This document shows positions 23,946-37,300 of a stretch of 64,000 bases of DNA, one piece after another; position 1 is the stretch's first letter; every line of letters starts with the position of its first letter. Position numbers and translations under genes: made by a program. The notes under the pieces were generated by a model that searched no databases, was not told where the DNA came from, and saw only the letters and a program-made list of their open reading frames with translations. This stretch comes from Rhodosorus marinus CCMP1338 (Eukaryota; Plantae; Rhodophyta): positions 620,001 through 684,000 of the forward strand of contig JAMWBK010000004.1 in assembly GCA_029953675.1 (NCBI GenBank), given 5' to 3'.

Positions 23946-24275
23946 ATGGCAGCGGAGACTGCAGAGCAAGGCGGAGACACTGAAACTAGAAAAGACGCGA
24001 GGCATAAATGTGATGTGTGCTTTGCTACTTTCACGGGTCGATCTCATCTGATTGTCCACGTACAAACTATGCACCACAGGCTTCGACCTCACGCGTGTAA
24101 ACACTGTGGCCGGACCTTTGGCACGAAGGGGACGATGAACAGGCACGTCAGGATCGTGCACCTTCGTGAACGAAACTATATCTGTCCAAACTGTACCCGT
24201 GCGTTCGCAACCCTGGTGTGCCTGAAACGGCATCGCAACATAAGGACTTCCTGCGTCCGTCGCGAAGGGCCGTAG
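23946..24275 (+). CDS. C2H2 zinc-finger protein (3 fingers), 109 aa or more
   Basis: CDVC...HVQTMH, CKHC...HVRIVH, CPNC...H(RNIRTSC). Upstream exons cannot be excluded. Confidence 0.8.
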   Translation: MAAETAEQGGDTETRKDARHKCDVCFATFTGRSHLIVHVQTMHHRLRPHACKHCGRTFGTKGTMNRHVRIVHLRERNYICPNCTRAFATLVCLKRHRNIRTSCVRREGP

Positions 24276-24723
24276 GACCAATCCTGTGTGCTTGAGAATT
24301 CTTAAATGAATGTACAGCTTCTTTCTCTTGTATGATAAATCACTGCAAAGGTCTTAGATTTGCTTGTGGGTGACCAACTCAGCTTAAGCCAACCCGTGCA
24401 GAGGCACTTACGCGGCAATCAGCAGACACGCAACGGACTTGGTGGCACGAAGGGTTTCCGTTTTTCCGGGACCTAAGCGAGACTCCGCCATCCGAGCATG
24501 GACCTGGATGCGGACATGATGGCAGCGTAGCTTACAGGAGGAGATACTAAGTTTGAAAACAGCCAAAAGCACCATATTTAACTGTGATGTATGCCTTGCT
24601 ATGTTCACTGACCCTCACACGGGCATTCGTGAGAAGTTCACCAACCGCGAACCTCACAAGCATCGCCGCAGACGTTTTAGGAAATGATTTCCTACCGTCC
24701 AGTGACCTAAAGGTTTGGATCTT

Positions 24724-27700
24724 TTATAAACCGGAAACGTTAACTTTGAAGGAGCTTATCGTCGATGCGACAGGGGCTCCCACGTAGAGGTAACCATCCT
24801 TGTAAACGATCGACTCTGGATCAAGGACTCCCTGTTCACCAGCTTCGAAGAGCTCGCTCTGAGGTATGTCTGTCTTCGTCGATGAGATCGACGCAAGGTA
24901 GATCGGGGAGTCCGGCATGGTGATGTCGAAAGCCATCAATGTGCTTGAGCGCTCATTTCCAACGAACAGAATGGTGCGTCCCTTGACGACGGATACATAG
25001 AGAGACTCTGGCTCTGGTCCCTTTGCGTCGGACCTGGAGTCAAACTCATCCTGCATGCTGTCCTCGTCCTCACCCTAGTGACAAGAGTGGTCAACATAGC
25101 TATCAGGTTTCCGCAGTTGAGTATTTTCGAGGGAGACCTACGTACCGCTTGCGCATTGAAGATATGCGGGAACTCCTTCTCGTGAATCTTCTCAATCCAG
25201 TCGCCGCTGTCGACAACGCAGGTTCCGTCAAGCGTATAGATCTGGAAGGCCCTCGCGCCGAAGTGGAACAGCGCCTCCTGGGTGTTCGTCTCCTTGTTGT
25301 ATCCATCCGGATAGGAAACCTCGAGTCGCCCAAGCTTCTTATCGTCCCTAATAAGGGCCTTCAGCTCCGGAGCGAGGTTCCTTCCCAAGTCGGACTCAAT
25401 ATCACCCGCTCTGATCTCGTCGTACTCCTCGCCCCAGGCATCTCCTTCGCAGGCCACCGCGATATACTGGACACCTCCGCTCTCGAACAACTGGATCGTA
25501 TCCGGCTGACACATGCCGTAGACTTTGGGGTACCTGCGGATGTTGATCTCTTCGTCGTCATCAGATGCATCAATGCCGTAGCCCTTGACGTATCTGGGCG
25601 TGAAGATCAACGGCTTAATCTCCGTGACCTGAACGATAGAAGGAACCAAAACACCAGTGAGTACTACTGGTGAACGCAGAACTAATCGTCAAGAGCTCAC
25701 CTTGGCTTCAGCAAGGTCGACGACCGCGAACGCGTTGTTCTCCTGGAGTCCAACAATGGCGTACTGCCCGTCCATGGTGTACGTGATGTACTCCGGCTCG
25801 AGAGCCATGGACGGCATACTAGGATTCTGCCAGAGTCTTACACCTTGTTTCCTGTTCAGCGTGTGGAATAGAAGGTCAACCACTAACTGAGGCAGAGAGA
25901 GCGAACGAGAAGGGTTGGATTCCTACTTTAACTCGGAACGAAGCTTCTTATCATCGAACGGATTGAAGCTGGCAACGTTGACGGTGTCAGTAAGCGCATT
26001 CCACACCAAGACGCCTCCGGGAACATCCGCTCCCTCTCCTTCGCACGCAATGGAGACATAACCGCAGTCTGGACTCCACTTGACAGCGTCTGGGAGGAAA
26101 CAGTTGCTTGGCTTGAACTTCCTGTACTGCTTCAAGTCCTCTAGCTTTCCATTCACGAACTTGGGCTTGAGGATCAATAGGAAGCCCGGTCCGCCAGTCT
26201 TATCCTCGACCGCGGCCGCAATGAATCCGCTGGTGCTGCCCATGTAGTTGCAGACGTCGACGGAATTGATCCCAGTGTCATCACCAGCAGAGAAGGAGAC
26301 GAGCGGCTTCTTCTTCAGAGGCTTCCTTCGGTAAGCATCGATCCGGCCATCGGCAGCGTTGGCTGAATAGAGAGTGTTGCTGTTATCGTCCAGGGCAATA
26401 ATCTCAACCTTCGCCTCGTCGAACTTCTTAGATAAAACGATCTGGTCCTTGAGCACGAACTTGAGACCACCCTCTGTCTTCTTCTTGGGAGGCTTGGGTG
26501 CTTGCGGGCGGGAGCACACCGTCGGTCCTCCGAGGTTGCGTCCCAGCTCAAAGATTGAGATCATGACCTCCGGGTTGTTCTCGAGACCAAAATCGTTGTC
26601 CTGTGCCGAGTAGAGGAACTTGTTGCCCTTGGTGACGAAGCCTTCCTGCTTGGCGCTGCCTTTAAAGTTATTGGTTCCGCCCATGGCGCCTTCATAGGTG
26701 TCCAGGACCTTGGTCTTCATCGCAGGCATCACGCCCAGGGCCTCGAGGCTCATCGTACCCGCTGATTCAAACTCAAGCTTGAGGTTATTGGCGTACTTTG
26801 TCTCAGAGAGATCGGTAGCCATCTTCCAGTTGATGTTAAACCACTTCACCTGCCCACTCGCACGCTCAAGGGCGATGAAGCTGTATTCGTCGTAGTACTC
26901 CGCAGCAGAGTACTTGAGATCTGCGGGTACTACCGTGTTCCTGAAGTAGGTGCTGACCGGACTGCCTTCAAAGGCAAACGTCTTCTTGAACCTGAGCTTG
27001 GCCGGCTCGTCCTTCTTACCGGTCAGCTTGATCTCGAAGACAACTGCGCGGATGACACGGTTCTGGTCGTACTCGGGGACATCACGGTCACCCATAGGGG
27101 ACTGAAGGATGGCGATAAGGTAGGAACCATCTTCGGAGACCACCAGGTTCTCAAACCCACGGTTCTTACGTCGGTTCTTGAAAACATCAGGGATTTCACC
27201 ATACACCTTCATGTCGGCCTTCTCTAGCATGCTGGCAATGCTCTTGGGGACGTATCTCGCGAAGACGGTTCCGTCTTTCTTCAGTAGGAGGATCGAAGGG
27301 GAGTACTCTTCGACAAGCGCCAACAGACCCCCGCTCTTTGGAATCTGGTGGATGTCCTCTGGATCGACACCGTTTGGATCGTACGGGAGCGGCCCACCCG
27401 CGCAGTTCGGACCATAGGGCGTATCATCTAACTCGGTATTGGATATACCCGACAGAGGAGATCCGCTGAGACTCTTCAGCATGATGTACTCCTTGACCTT
27501 GATGCCGTCTGGCCTGATCTTGAACTTGGCGATCGTAGGAGCAAACTTGGTGACGGGGAAACCTGGTTGGGAAAGACACCAGAATTGTGGTTTTCAGGTC
27601 TCAATCACTGTTCAGTGATGCTCTGTACGTAGCATTTTCGGGGTGATTCTCACCTTTCCCTGACTTTCCACAAGCCTCAGAGTACTTGACTGGGTCCAGC

Positions 27701-28158
27701 TCGCACAGGGACTCGCAATCTTGATTCGGTCCACGATCGGTGAGGCCGATCAGTAGCTTGTTCTTTAGCATAGACAGGCCCGATCCAAAAGCCGGGGTAA
27801 CCGCGCAGACCTGTCCTGCATCACGATCAGGGTCACAGGTTCCGTCGACTAGTTGGTCAACCAGAGCCAGATACTCCGGGTCATTCTTCAGATGCGGATT
27901 GAACTTGGCATACGGAATCTGTCATTGCCAGTTTTCAAGAACGTAGGGGGAGAAATCATCAGTCTTCCTGCCAAGAACGGTGGGTATCCGCAACCCGACC
28001 AGAATCCACCCCATCAGCGCGGGCTATCTACATTGTTGATCAGCCTGACTCACATCCGGAAAGTTATAGACTGACGTCACGGACGCCCTGCAGTTCGCAG
28101 TCGCACATCTCGCGATCGCGATCAGAGCCAACAAAGTGCACACTAGCAAAGCATTCAT
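24724..28158 (-). CDS. Secreted atypical alkaline phosphatase-like protein: phytase-like/esterase domain plus choice-of-anchor-I-type propeller; 6 exons, 996 aa
   Basis: Exons 28158-28054, 27918-27654, 27562-25927, 25851-25701, 25628-25146 and 25074-24724 total 2991 nt in frame. GT-AG introns are 135, 91, 75, 72 and 71 bp. Signal peptide MNALLVCTLLALIAIARCATA. Motifs include TDRGPN, RKNRGFENL, LQSP, CEGE, EPEYI, LQENNA, DASD, GMCQPD, EGD, FGARAF, DSGD, FDSRSDAKGPEPE and GNER. Confidence 0.88.
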
Positions 28159-31100
28159 TTTGCAATCCAAAAAAAACCTAACCCTCCCAGCTCTCGCTCT
28201 TCAGTACATAATGCTATGTCCCAGTCCCCGTTCTACTAAGGTCGAAGAGCCCTCGTACAACTAACTCCCTTCTTGAAACGCAAATCCGTGGCCATCTATA
28301 TCCGCATCGAGATCCAAATCCAGAGCTTCTCGGTCACTTTCGTTCCCTTGTTGGCCAGCGAAAAAGTTTCCAACATACTAAACCAACTCAACTGAAAATA
28401 CCCCCCAAAATCCGTTGCAATGTGATCAATGGAACTCTAAAAATAAGAATAAATATAAGCGATTACGTCCCTTAAACCAATTAAGTTCTGATAATTGCTG
28501 AATATCTATATTAATTATCTAAATCGAGGTTTCTATGTTAATATTTTGAAAACGATATTGTTTTAAGGGCAGGGTTTTTTGCAGGTTTTTGAAGGGGTCG
28601 AGTTTGGTGGTTGGGGGAGCTGGTGTGGGGGGTTTCGAGAGTCCTTGAATGCATGGTGAAGACCCCGTGTGACATGGCCAAGAATATTTTTGTACTTCGA
28701 AAGTTTGGGTTGAAATCTATAGAAGAATGCCCTGAGGTATATGTTGTTGTAGATAAGTTGCCGAATAAAGGCTATGTGGTCGTTGACTAATATATGAGGT
28801 CGTAAGAACTGTTGTAGTGCAGAATAATGAACAAATTTCTCTTTGGAAAGTGACAAGGTTCAGATTTTTTGATCAGAGATCTAAATCTAAACTAAATCTA
28901 CTGCTAGCCTGCCTCCGCATCACCTCCTCTTCCCCCCTCCCCCCCTCCCTCCCTGTTCGTCATCAGGCGGAAGCGAGCAAGGAGTAGGTGGTCTGTTGGG
29001 TTTTGAATGACAAAAAATCACGTAGGGTTAGAGAACAAAACTGTTCCACAGAAAGGAGGTGGCGGGGGGTGGTGGTGGCGGCGGTAGTAGTCGACGGGGT
29101 TTCAGCAGAGTTCTTCGCGATAAAAAACCCCTCCCTTCCCAAAAGGCTAAAACGATTTCTCAAACCAAAATGCAAAGAATACGATTCGAATAAAAGAGAA
29201 AACACTGGCTCTCCCCATCACATCATTCAAGCTTTGCCGATCATCTGATCGAGCAAACGCTTCTACCGTGCCTGTAGTGCTTCGCTAGTACTCACCCTTC
29301 TCATCCTCTCTCGCTCTAGTCAACTTCTTCGCTTCCATTCCGAGTGGAGTTCATTCATTCCTCAAAGACGACGAGAAAGATTCCAATGCTCAAAGAAACT
29401 CCGACAAAACATATTCCTCCACGGGTCACCAATAGAAGTCCTAGAAAATAGAATTTCAAAAGAAACAAGTCCACAATCTAAACCAATTTACACCATTTAC
29501 AGTGCGACCGAAGATTCGCCTTCTAAAATCTACTTTTATACATTTATTCGCGTCTAATTAAAAAAAGACCGCGTTTACAGAAAACTTTAAAGTTGTGTAA
29601 TTACATTTATATTCAGTATTTACAATAAAGTTTATTTGTTAAATATAGTGAATATTCCGCCGAGGTGGATTTACGCGGTACTTCATTGGTTAATACGGAT
29701 CAGAAAATAACAAAACTTTAGAGGCACTACAATTTACTTTTATTTTAGGGGTAATCATGTCAAACACGTTTTGGATATAATAGTGTATAATATTAATATT
29801 TAAAGGGTAGAAACAATTTATTTGTTTTCTTATGGAATTGAGGATCTATGCCCAGGGGTCGATCAATTTTATCTAGTTTGGGATCGTCCCGAGGTCGTGA
29901 ATCTGCAATGTTGTAAAGCCTCCGGGGAAGGTCTGGCCGAAGGGGGTGGATAGACACGAAGCCCGCTATAGCTTGTAAGTTTTTTTTGGCGGGGCTTGTC
30001 GCTATATGATCATCTCATCAGTCGACCTTCTTTTTCTGCGTGGCTTCGTTTGAATTGGAGGGGGTTCCGAACGCGTGCTTTTTTTCAGTTCGCACAACCC
30101 CCGCGGACACACGGAGGGCGTGGAACCGTGTGCTTGGAAGGCAGCCACAGCATTCATTTACATCGAGAGTAAGAATGGCTCTAACAGGAAATCGTTTGAA
30201 CCCCTCTTCCCTCTCCCCCTCCCCGTCATCCCCTCCTCGCCGCACAAAGCTCGACGGCTTCGCGTGCTATGGGGAATCGCCCTGAATATTCCTAGACGAT
30301 TCCCCCATCCCTTTCGCCGAAGTGAAGATTGTGCAATAAAAGCAAGACGAGGATGGTGTAAACCAGCCAATAGTCAAAATCATCCAATCCTCCTGGATCG
30401 AGAATAGACTTGCACGGCTTCCGACACAAGCCCGATCAATGATTGCCAATACGTACCGCAATCGTCTGTTCGACCTGAACGTCTGTGCTTGAAGGAGACA
30501 AACATTGCAAAGACATGGCATAATAGAGTAAGAGCCCCCTGTGGATCGGACTTGTGATAGCAGTGAAAGACCTCGGTAACAACTTCATCCAGTATATGAT
30601 AGCGCGTGTATGGGTGGGTGAAATTTTTGAAAAAAGGCCCAAGAACTTTGGTTATCGTTTTCAAGTTCACCGTAATAACAAATCTTCTGGAAAAGGCTTC
30701 GGATTCGTTTTGCTGCTGCTTGAAGGGGGGACGTAATTGCGCTTCCAACGTCGCAATTCCCTTCAGGATGGTGCTACTAGCAAAGAGCCTTAAGCGATAC
30801 GCAGGGCGTGACGCGAACTAGAGACCGTTTACTTCAAGCTACCGAGTGTAGGGCAAAGATGCTCAAGAAGAGCTAGCTAGGCTAAGGAGACCCCAGGTCA
30901 GGGTTCGAGATAACATTCTTCATGGTGTGTAGGTACGAGGAAAAAAACCGTGCAAGCCGCGGAGGCGGTAACGAGCCTCCACTAGAAGGGGCTAGAAGAT
31001 CGGCATCAAACGATACGAAACTGGCGATGCAAGAAACTCCACGGGATGGTCAGTAAAGCATTTCAAAGCCACTCCAAGCTTGGCAAGATGGTTCGGAATT

Positions 31101-31738
31101 TGGTTTGTGGGAAACTTGCCTGCTCGCATCGATACAAGCTCTGGTGGTCTGGCTAAAAATTCAAGGATCATTGTTGCCACGAGAGCGAAACTGACCAAGG
31201 ACGAGGAGGTGTGTGAGATCGGAAAGTGTATTTCACTACTTGAATAGAACTTGGTGGCGGCTGCCCTTGGTGTTCGACGGATGTAGAATCGCCAATGGAA
31301 GGACTAGTTGCTTACTGTTCGTTGCTTGGGAGTGGATGGTCCAGGCCTGTCCCGGAAACTTCTTGGACTGTGAGCTCGGGTTTGAACCGCCGGAAACTGT
31401 TTAGCAGTTTGCCAGACGCAAAGTCATTGATAAAGCTCTCAAAGTGGCCCTTTCACAGGAACCACGCCCTCGTACAGGCCGTTGAGAAGATGCTGGACTT
31501 CGGAGCCTTACGAGACGGACATTAGCCTGCGCTTGGTGGGCTGCAATAGAAAGCTTTCTATTAAGGTGCTCCTGGTGACGATCTGGGAGATCATTCGCGC
31601 AGAGAAAGTTTCTTCCGGAAGGCGAAAGAGCTTGCGATAGTGTACTTCATAAAAAAAAACAAGAAGCTCCGTTTATGAGTAGGACTTGAAAGGCCCGTCA
31701 TTCGTATCATTGCCTCTGATGCCCATAGATTCTATTGG

Positions 31739-34261
31739 CTAGCCGTAGTAGTACAAAGTTCGGTTTGTATCATAATAGTATGAAGAATCGTCGAGGAGGC
31801 ATTGGGTTGACACCGTATACGCCTGATCAACGTTGAGCACAAGCTTCGTTGCGGTGTTCCTCTCCCACTCATCCTCGGCATCTTGAGTCGTGCAGGAGGA
31901 ACACTGAATGCTTCCGGTTCTCCCTACTGAAGTTCCTTCCGCTGGAAGACCTTGTCCCCCTAGGTCTAGTTCGGAACCGAACCCTGGACCTTCAAAAGGA
32001 CCGCCGATGAAATTGCCCGGTGCTGCTCCTGGGAACCGTAGGATGACGCTGTCAATTCTTATCCCACGCCTGAGCAATATGAGCCCAATCGAGAACTTGG
32101 ACGTGTTGATGAAGTCCAGCAAGTCTGAATTGATGAATAGGAAGTTCGTGAATGATATGAAGGTCCCAGTTTCAACCTCCGCTGTCTCTACAAGCCCGAA
32201 CCGTCCGTGGAAAACGAGACTGAAGAACCGTAGACCCTGACCCTGAACGTCGAGGTATACGGCGACTCCGTACTCCTTCTTCGCCTGCGTATCTGAGATT
32301 CTAGGTTCGACAACGGCCTCCAGAAAAATATCTCCGGACAGTCGGCCAACTTCGTTGATCTTCACAAAGGTCGGGTCGCAGGGCCCGACGTCCTGGTTGA
32401 AGGGAACTGAACAGTTCATTGAGTCCGGGAAGGTCTCAAAGAATTGGTACGGATTGAGATCTAATTCTGTAGAAGGGCCATAGAAGTAGGTCTCCGTTCG
32501 TTTTGACGATGATGAACACAATCCGCAGCGGGTAGCTCCGACACGACAGAGGCCGACCGGCTCCGCGGACGACTGTCTCACCGAGCTGCATGCTTCGCAA
32601 TTTTCAAGTCGACTAGTATCCGCCCACGGTAGGGACATCCTCGTCGCAGGGCCGCTTATCGTATTCACTGGAGGTCCCACCGAGAGGCCAAGCATATCCT
32701 TCGCTGGACCGTCGACCGCGGTTTTCTCCCCTCCAATCGAGATGAAATCCACAACCTCCCCGAACCTGAGCAGAGCTACGGCACCAAAGAAAACCTGCGA
32801 GACGTCACCCTGAATCTGCATGACGTCCGGACTGAAGCTAAGGAACACGCCGTCGTCTAACTTTGCAGAATCCACCGTACCCCCATTAGTTTTGTTGTCG
32901 ACGCCCGAGAAGAACCTCACAGAGCTCGGGTTACCAGGCATGGGTGCATACAACGCGACGGAGAATGCCGCGGCAGCCTGTCCTTCATCCTCGCCCGGAG
33001 GGAGCGCGACCTCTACGAACGGGTTGAACGAGCCGCGTTTCTGTCCCAGCTCGTTGATCCTGGAGAAGCTAGTCCCTCCGCAGGTCCCTATCGCGTCGAC
33101 GTGTACCAAGCATTCCACCTCCGCCTTGAAGAACTGTAAAACGTTCAAGGAGAGCTCTGTGCGCGCCATTGGAACCCACTCGGTCCTCGATGTCTCGTTC
33201 AGAGACTTGCACAGTCCACACTGGGTGCTGGAGATGCGCCCAAAGGTTTCTGGAATGACGGGTTCGGCGATGATCGACACGTTTAGGAACGCCGCCGTTA
33301 AGCCCATGGCGGGCCCGTCAAGTGCCACTGGCGAACCCATGAGACTCACAAAGTCGGTCACAACTCCCGAGAGTGCTTGCAGAACAGCAATTGCATAGCC
33401 GAACTGAAACCGGTTTCCGTTAAGTTGTACATCCTTGAAAGCCATGAGCGAGAACTCTCCTCCAGGAGCGGTCTCGAACTCCACATCCGAGCTATTCGTC
33501 GAGAAGGCGAACCTGGCCTGATCTCTGGCCCCGTTGAGGCTGTAGACGGCGAGCTTGAAGGTGTCCGCTTCGCTACCACTGGGGAGTCCAGGAGCAACGA
33601 CAGCCTCGACGTAGATCTTATCGTCTACGGGCCGGGCGCTGAGCTCGTTCAGCTTGGCGTAGGACATTGAGCATTGTCTCGGTGGTTGTGGGGGATCCTT
33701 GTCCTTGCATTGAAGCTGCACCGGGCACGCCTGGAAGTCCACATCTGGGATTGGTACAGTCACCGAGCACTTGGTGTCGACTATTTTCGTCCTCACAACC
33801 TTCCCGTTGCGGTTGGCCATGTTCGCATCGGCTACCATCACCATGGTATTACCACAGCAGGGCCCATCGGCAGGGATGTCCTTGAGACAGATCTGTAGCT
33901 TCTTCCTCGTCTTAGGAGATCCAAAGCCACGCACCATGGTGAACCTCTCGTTGCCCCCGGGGATCAGATCCGCCCTCTGAAAGATCCCTCCGCGTATCCT
34001 CTTCAGGGTGAACATGCCGAACGTTCTGAACTCCAGCCTGAAACAGTTGGTGAAATTCCCAGGGCTGGGCTCCCTCTCCACCATACGCAGCCACACCTTC
34101 CCTCTGAGCCGACCCTTCTCATCCTGAAGCATGTACCGATTCAAGCCAACGAACAGTGTCTCATTCTCTCCCAGCCTCTCTGCACATGTATTCGCACAGG
34201 CCGTTCCAACAAGGACGATCAGGCCACACAAGATGAAGCCAAACTGTACCTTCATCGTCAT
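31739..34261 (-). CDS. Secreted 840-aa protein: Cys-patterned N-terminal domain plus three lamin-tail-like repeats
   Basis: Intronless ORF with ATG and signal peptide. Three repeats start at LNEL, INEL and INEV; each has E-x-V-x-x-P, a VxxY strand, GP and a terminal LN(V/P)xQ. Confidence 0.9.
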   Translation of the reverse strand: MTMKVQFGFILCGLIVLVGTACANTCAERLGENETLFVGLNRYMLQDEKGRLRGKVWLRMVEREPSPGNFTNCFRLEFRTFGMFTLKRIRGGIFQRADLIPGGNERFTMVRGFGSPKTRKKLQICLKDIPADGPCCGNTMVMVADANMANRNGKVVRTKIVDTKCSVTVPIPDVDFQACPVQLQCKDKDPPQPPRQCSMSYAKLNELSARPVDDKIYVEAVVAPGLPSGSEADTFKLAVYSLNGARDQARFAFSTNSSDVEFETAPGGEFSLMAFKDVQLNGNRFQFGYAIAVLQALSGVVTDFVSLMGSPVALDGPAMGLTAAFLNVSIIAEPVIPETFGRISSTQCGLCKSLNETSRTEWVPMARTELSLNVLQFFKAEVECLVHVDAIGTCGGTSFSRINELGQKRGSFNPFVEVALPPGEDEGQAAAAFSVALYAPMPGNPSSVRFFSGVDNKTNGGTVDSAKLDDGVFLSFSPDVMQIQGDVSQVFFGAVALLRFGEVVDFISIGGEKTAVDGPAKDMLGLSVGPPVNTISGPATRMSLPWADTSRLENCEACSSVRQSSAEPVGLCRVGATRCGLCSSSSKRTETYFYGPSTELDLNPYQFFETFPDSMNCSVPFNQDVGPCDPTFVKINEVGRLSGDIFLEAVVEPRISDTQAKKEYGVAVYLDVQGQGLRFFSLVFHGRFGLVETAEVETGTFISFTNFLFINSDLLDFINTSKFSIGLILLRRGIRIDSVILRFPGAAPGNFIGGPFEGPGFGSELDLGGQGLPAEGTSVGRTGSIQCSSCTTQDAEDEWERNTATKLVLNVDQAYTVSTQCLLDDSSYYYDTNRTLYYYG

Positions 34262-34357
34262 CCAGTGATAAAAAAACTCAACCCCAACCGTTTCCTAGGT
34301 TTTTGAAACAGCCGGTTGTCCGCGGTCCCAACACAATGACATCACTCTTTAGAACCA

Positions 34358-34364
34358 TTTTATA
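34358..34364 (-). promoter_or_regulatory. TATA-like box of the 840-aa gene
   Basis: TATAAAA on the minus strand ~97 bp upstream of ATG 34261. Confidence 0.4.
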
Positions 34365-37300
34365 AGCCATTGGTTACATCTTCTGTCTCTCTGCTCAGCT
34401 TTTCAACGCCACTTCCCGATCTGATCCAAGCGCCAACATATCCGCTAATTCGAGCTGGGTGTACGGTGAGGGGCCCACTGAGGGGTTGAACGCCTCCCCC
34501 AAAGTATCCAGATTGATCTCCAGAGGCCTGACAGTCTTGAAACTTGGTTCAGAACAGAGGGAATACAGTTTTCTCGTTCGTGTCTGACCTTTTTTGTCGT
34601 GAAAACGCATCTCACGTGCTAAGCAAAGAAACCAAAACCGGGGTGAGTCCCCCCCCCCCCAAACCGCTGCCCGAATCATGTATGTTTTGAGGAAGAAATA
34701 AACCGGAGAGTTGGCGTTCAGTGGTTGCACAATGGGGCAAACGGATCGGGGCAGCTGCAGGCAGCGCTCTCTGAAAAAAATTCCGTGCAAACTGTTAGGA
34801 AAATGATTGAAACCAACTGGCGGCCAGGTTTCTCAAACACAAGTGGCAGCGTCCTTCATCGATGACAACTGAGACATACACCCCAGATCCGCGGACACTC
34901 CCAACTCAGTTGGCCGCCCGAGAAACGAACAAACAAAAAACATCAACCAAATGACAAAAAATCGCTAATCGAGATAGATTTGCAGGATGATTTTTGTTTT
35001 GGTGCCTTTCTCGTCAAGAAGGCATCGTCGGGACCTTTTAGCCAGCTGCGTGAAGAAGGTGTGTAATCAGTCCTTTCGACAGGATCCTTAAAATTTTTGA
35101 TCCCTAAAATAAAACCTCGTTTAGCTGCGAGAGGGGAGAGTCCCTCCTCCACGACACCAATCTACTCTTCGAATTCCTACTCATCCATACGCGCACAACA
35201 TCGTGTCTACGGTAGTCCATCTACCCTGACGTAACCATGAGCACAGTCTCAGAGGTCTTGAGACCGGGAAAAAAGAATATCCAAATCATAACAAAACCAT
35301 ATCTCAGCACCACACCAGGTCGGAGGAGTCAGTGAATGTTCCTGTCTCCGTCTCCCTCAAAGGAAGCAAACGTCGCTCACGAGCCATTTCTGACAGCGTG
35401 CTAGATAAACAATCAATATTTTCCGTATTGACTGAAAACGATAATGTCCACGATTTAATGAGGAATGGGGTAGATCCATTGTCTAGCGATTCATACCTCA
35501 CTCTAACTGTCACTTGCTTGTTGACCACGTGAAAACATCAAGCCTCTCGTCGTTCGTTCTTGAGGCTGGATTAGGTTCTATAAAATTCAAAGGACCGGGT
35601 AATTTAGCGTGAAGAATCTAATATAGTATGTCGAGGCGGGGTGACAAGTAAAGCGTGATCCTGACAGAAATGGAGAATGTACAAAAGTTCTTTGAGAGAA
35701 TGAAGGGGGGGAATATAAAGCAAAAAATAGTTTCATATTTGAATTGTAAATAAAACAAAAAATACACGTCCCTGGTATTTGGAAATTTTAGCGTGGGGTC
35801 GGAAAATCCAACTCAAAAAAATTCCAAAATGGACCTTAAAATATTATCGATATGTATAATTGGAATTAACCGGCGTGTAGGAAGGGGGGTAAGGACATTT
35901 GAACCGCAGAATCCCTCTTCTAACTTTTTTGGACGTCGAGCAACTAATTTATTTTTTTGGGAAACATGACAATCCATTTTGGACGGTGAGCAAGTGGAGT
36001 ATTTCTTCGACAAAATGAAGGAGAACGTTTATCCCTGAACTCAGTTTATTTTTTCACGGTTCGGGAGATTTGGGATCGTGGCCAGAGGGTCTCTGGAGGA
36101 GGATCAATTAGTCCACCTTGGGTAGTTCATCGGAGGGGTAAGTCCCCTCCGGGTCAGGCCCAGCGTGGCTCATGGGAGGTCCCACTGCATACATGATTCT
36201 TCTCCTGTCTTCTCACTGTTCTATTTTCCCAAGAATCAGCCAAGGACTCCAACCTCGTGGGCTGGTCGAGTTGTGGTTTGAATGAACGCTAGCACAAAAC
36301 TGACGCAGCATTCCCCGCGCCTTGCCTTTTACTCAGTGCTTACTCAGTCTCCCCAGCCGGGTCCAGGGTGGCTGATCGTGGCCCTATTTTTTTATGGGAA
36401 ACAACGCTGTCCGAACATTGGGCGACGTGCGTTCTATGGCAACTCTACCGAGCAAGGCCTATGCCTAACCCAGAGAACGTGCCTCTAAAACCAAAGGGGC
36501 GTTAGAACGCCACAGCAAGCAACCACTCAGACAAGAGAGGAAACGCGAGTGAGGCTCATCCCAATCGCGACAAAAAAGTCACGGGGAGTCAGGCCGCACA
36601 ACAAACAGGGAGGTATCGAGAAAAAAAAACTACGCTTACTCTGGTACGGAATCGAGCGTACAACCTGAACAAAATCGCAATCGGTTTACTCTAGGAAGGG
36701 TGTTGTAGAGCGCGCCTTCAAAACCAGGGCAGCATTCCTGCGCCAAACTGACAGACACTTGTGACTCCCTTTTCCTTCTCGTAGGTCACCCACCCTGGGT
36801 TGTTAGTTTTCCAGTAAACCAAAGAGTCAGAATCAAAGAAACGTACAGTTGGGAAAGAGTTTCATGGCGGGTCACGGTAACACTCCCGCAACCAAGCACT
36901 CCCGCCGTGTGCTATCTAAGAATACAATACCGCTGTTTACATGACCGTGGAGTGGTGGTTTTACAAACATAGCTTAGGCGCTATTGTTAGTGACCACCAT
37001 ATCCGCCACACGCTGGACTACATGATGTCTCAGCATCACTGTCAAGCGTTCTTGTTCTGTTACTACAGATGGCTCAGCATCAGCATCAAGCGTTCTTATT
37101 CTGTTGTTGCTTGATTCGTAGATGGAATTGTGGCGCTCACAGAGGCCAACACTCCGCGAATTTGCGTGGATTGGGGAGCTTCAGTCAATATTGCAGAGCT
37201 TGACCTAGAGTCAATCACTATTCCAACCGTATTTTCTTGTTGATTGGGACCACGTTTGGCACCGAAAAAAATGACCTTTTCGTACGATTTGAACTCGTAG

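Noticed and set aside
28563-31600. Several 60-120-aa ORFs between the phosphatase and the 840-aa gene
   Set aside because: Could not be joined into a consistent gene model; no motifs.
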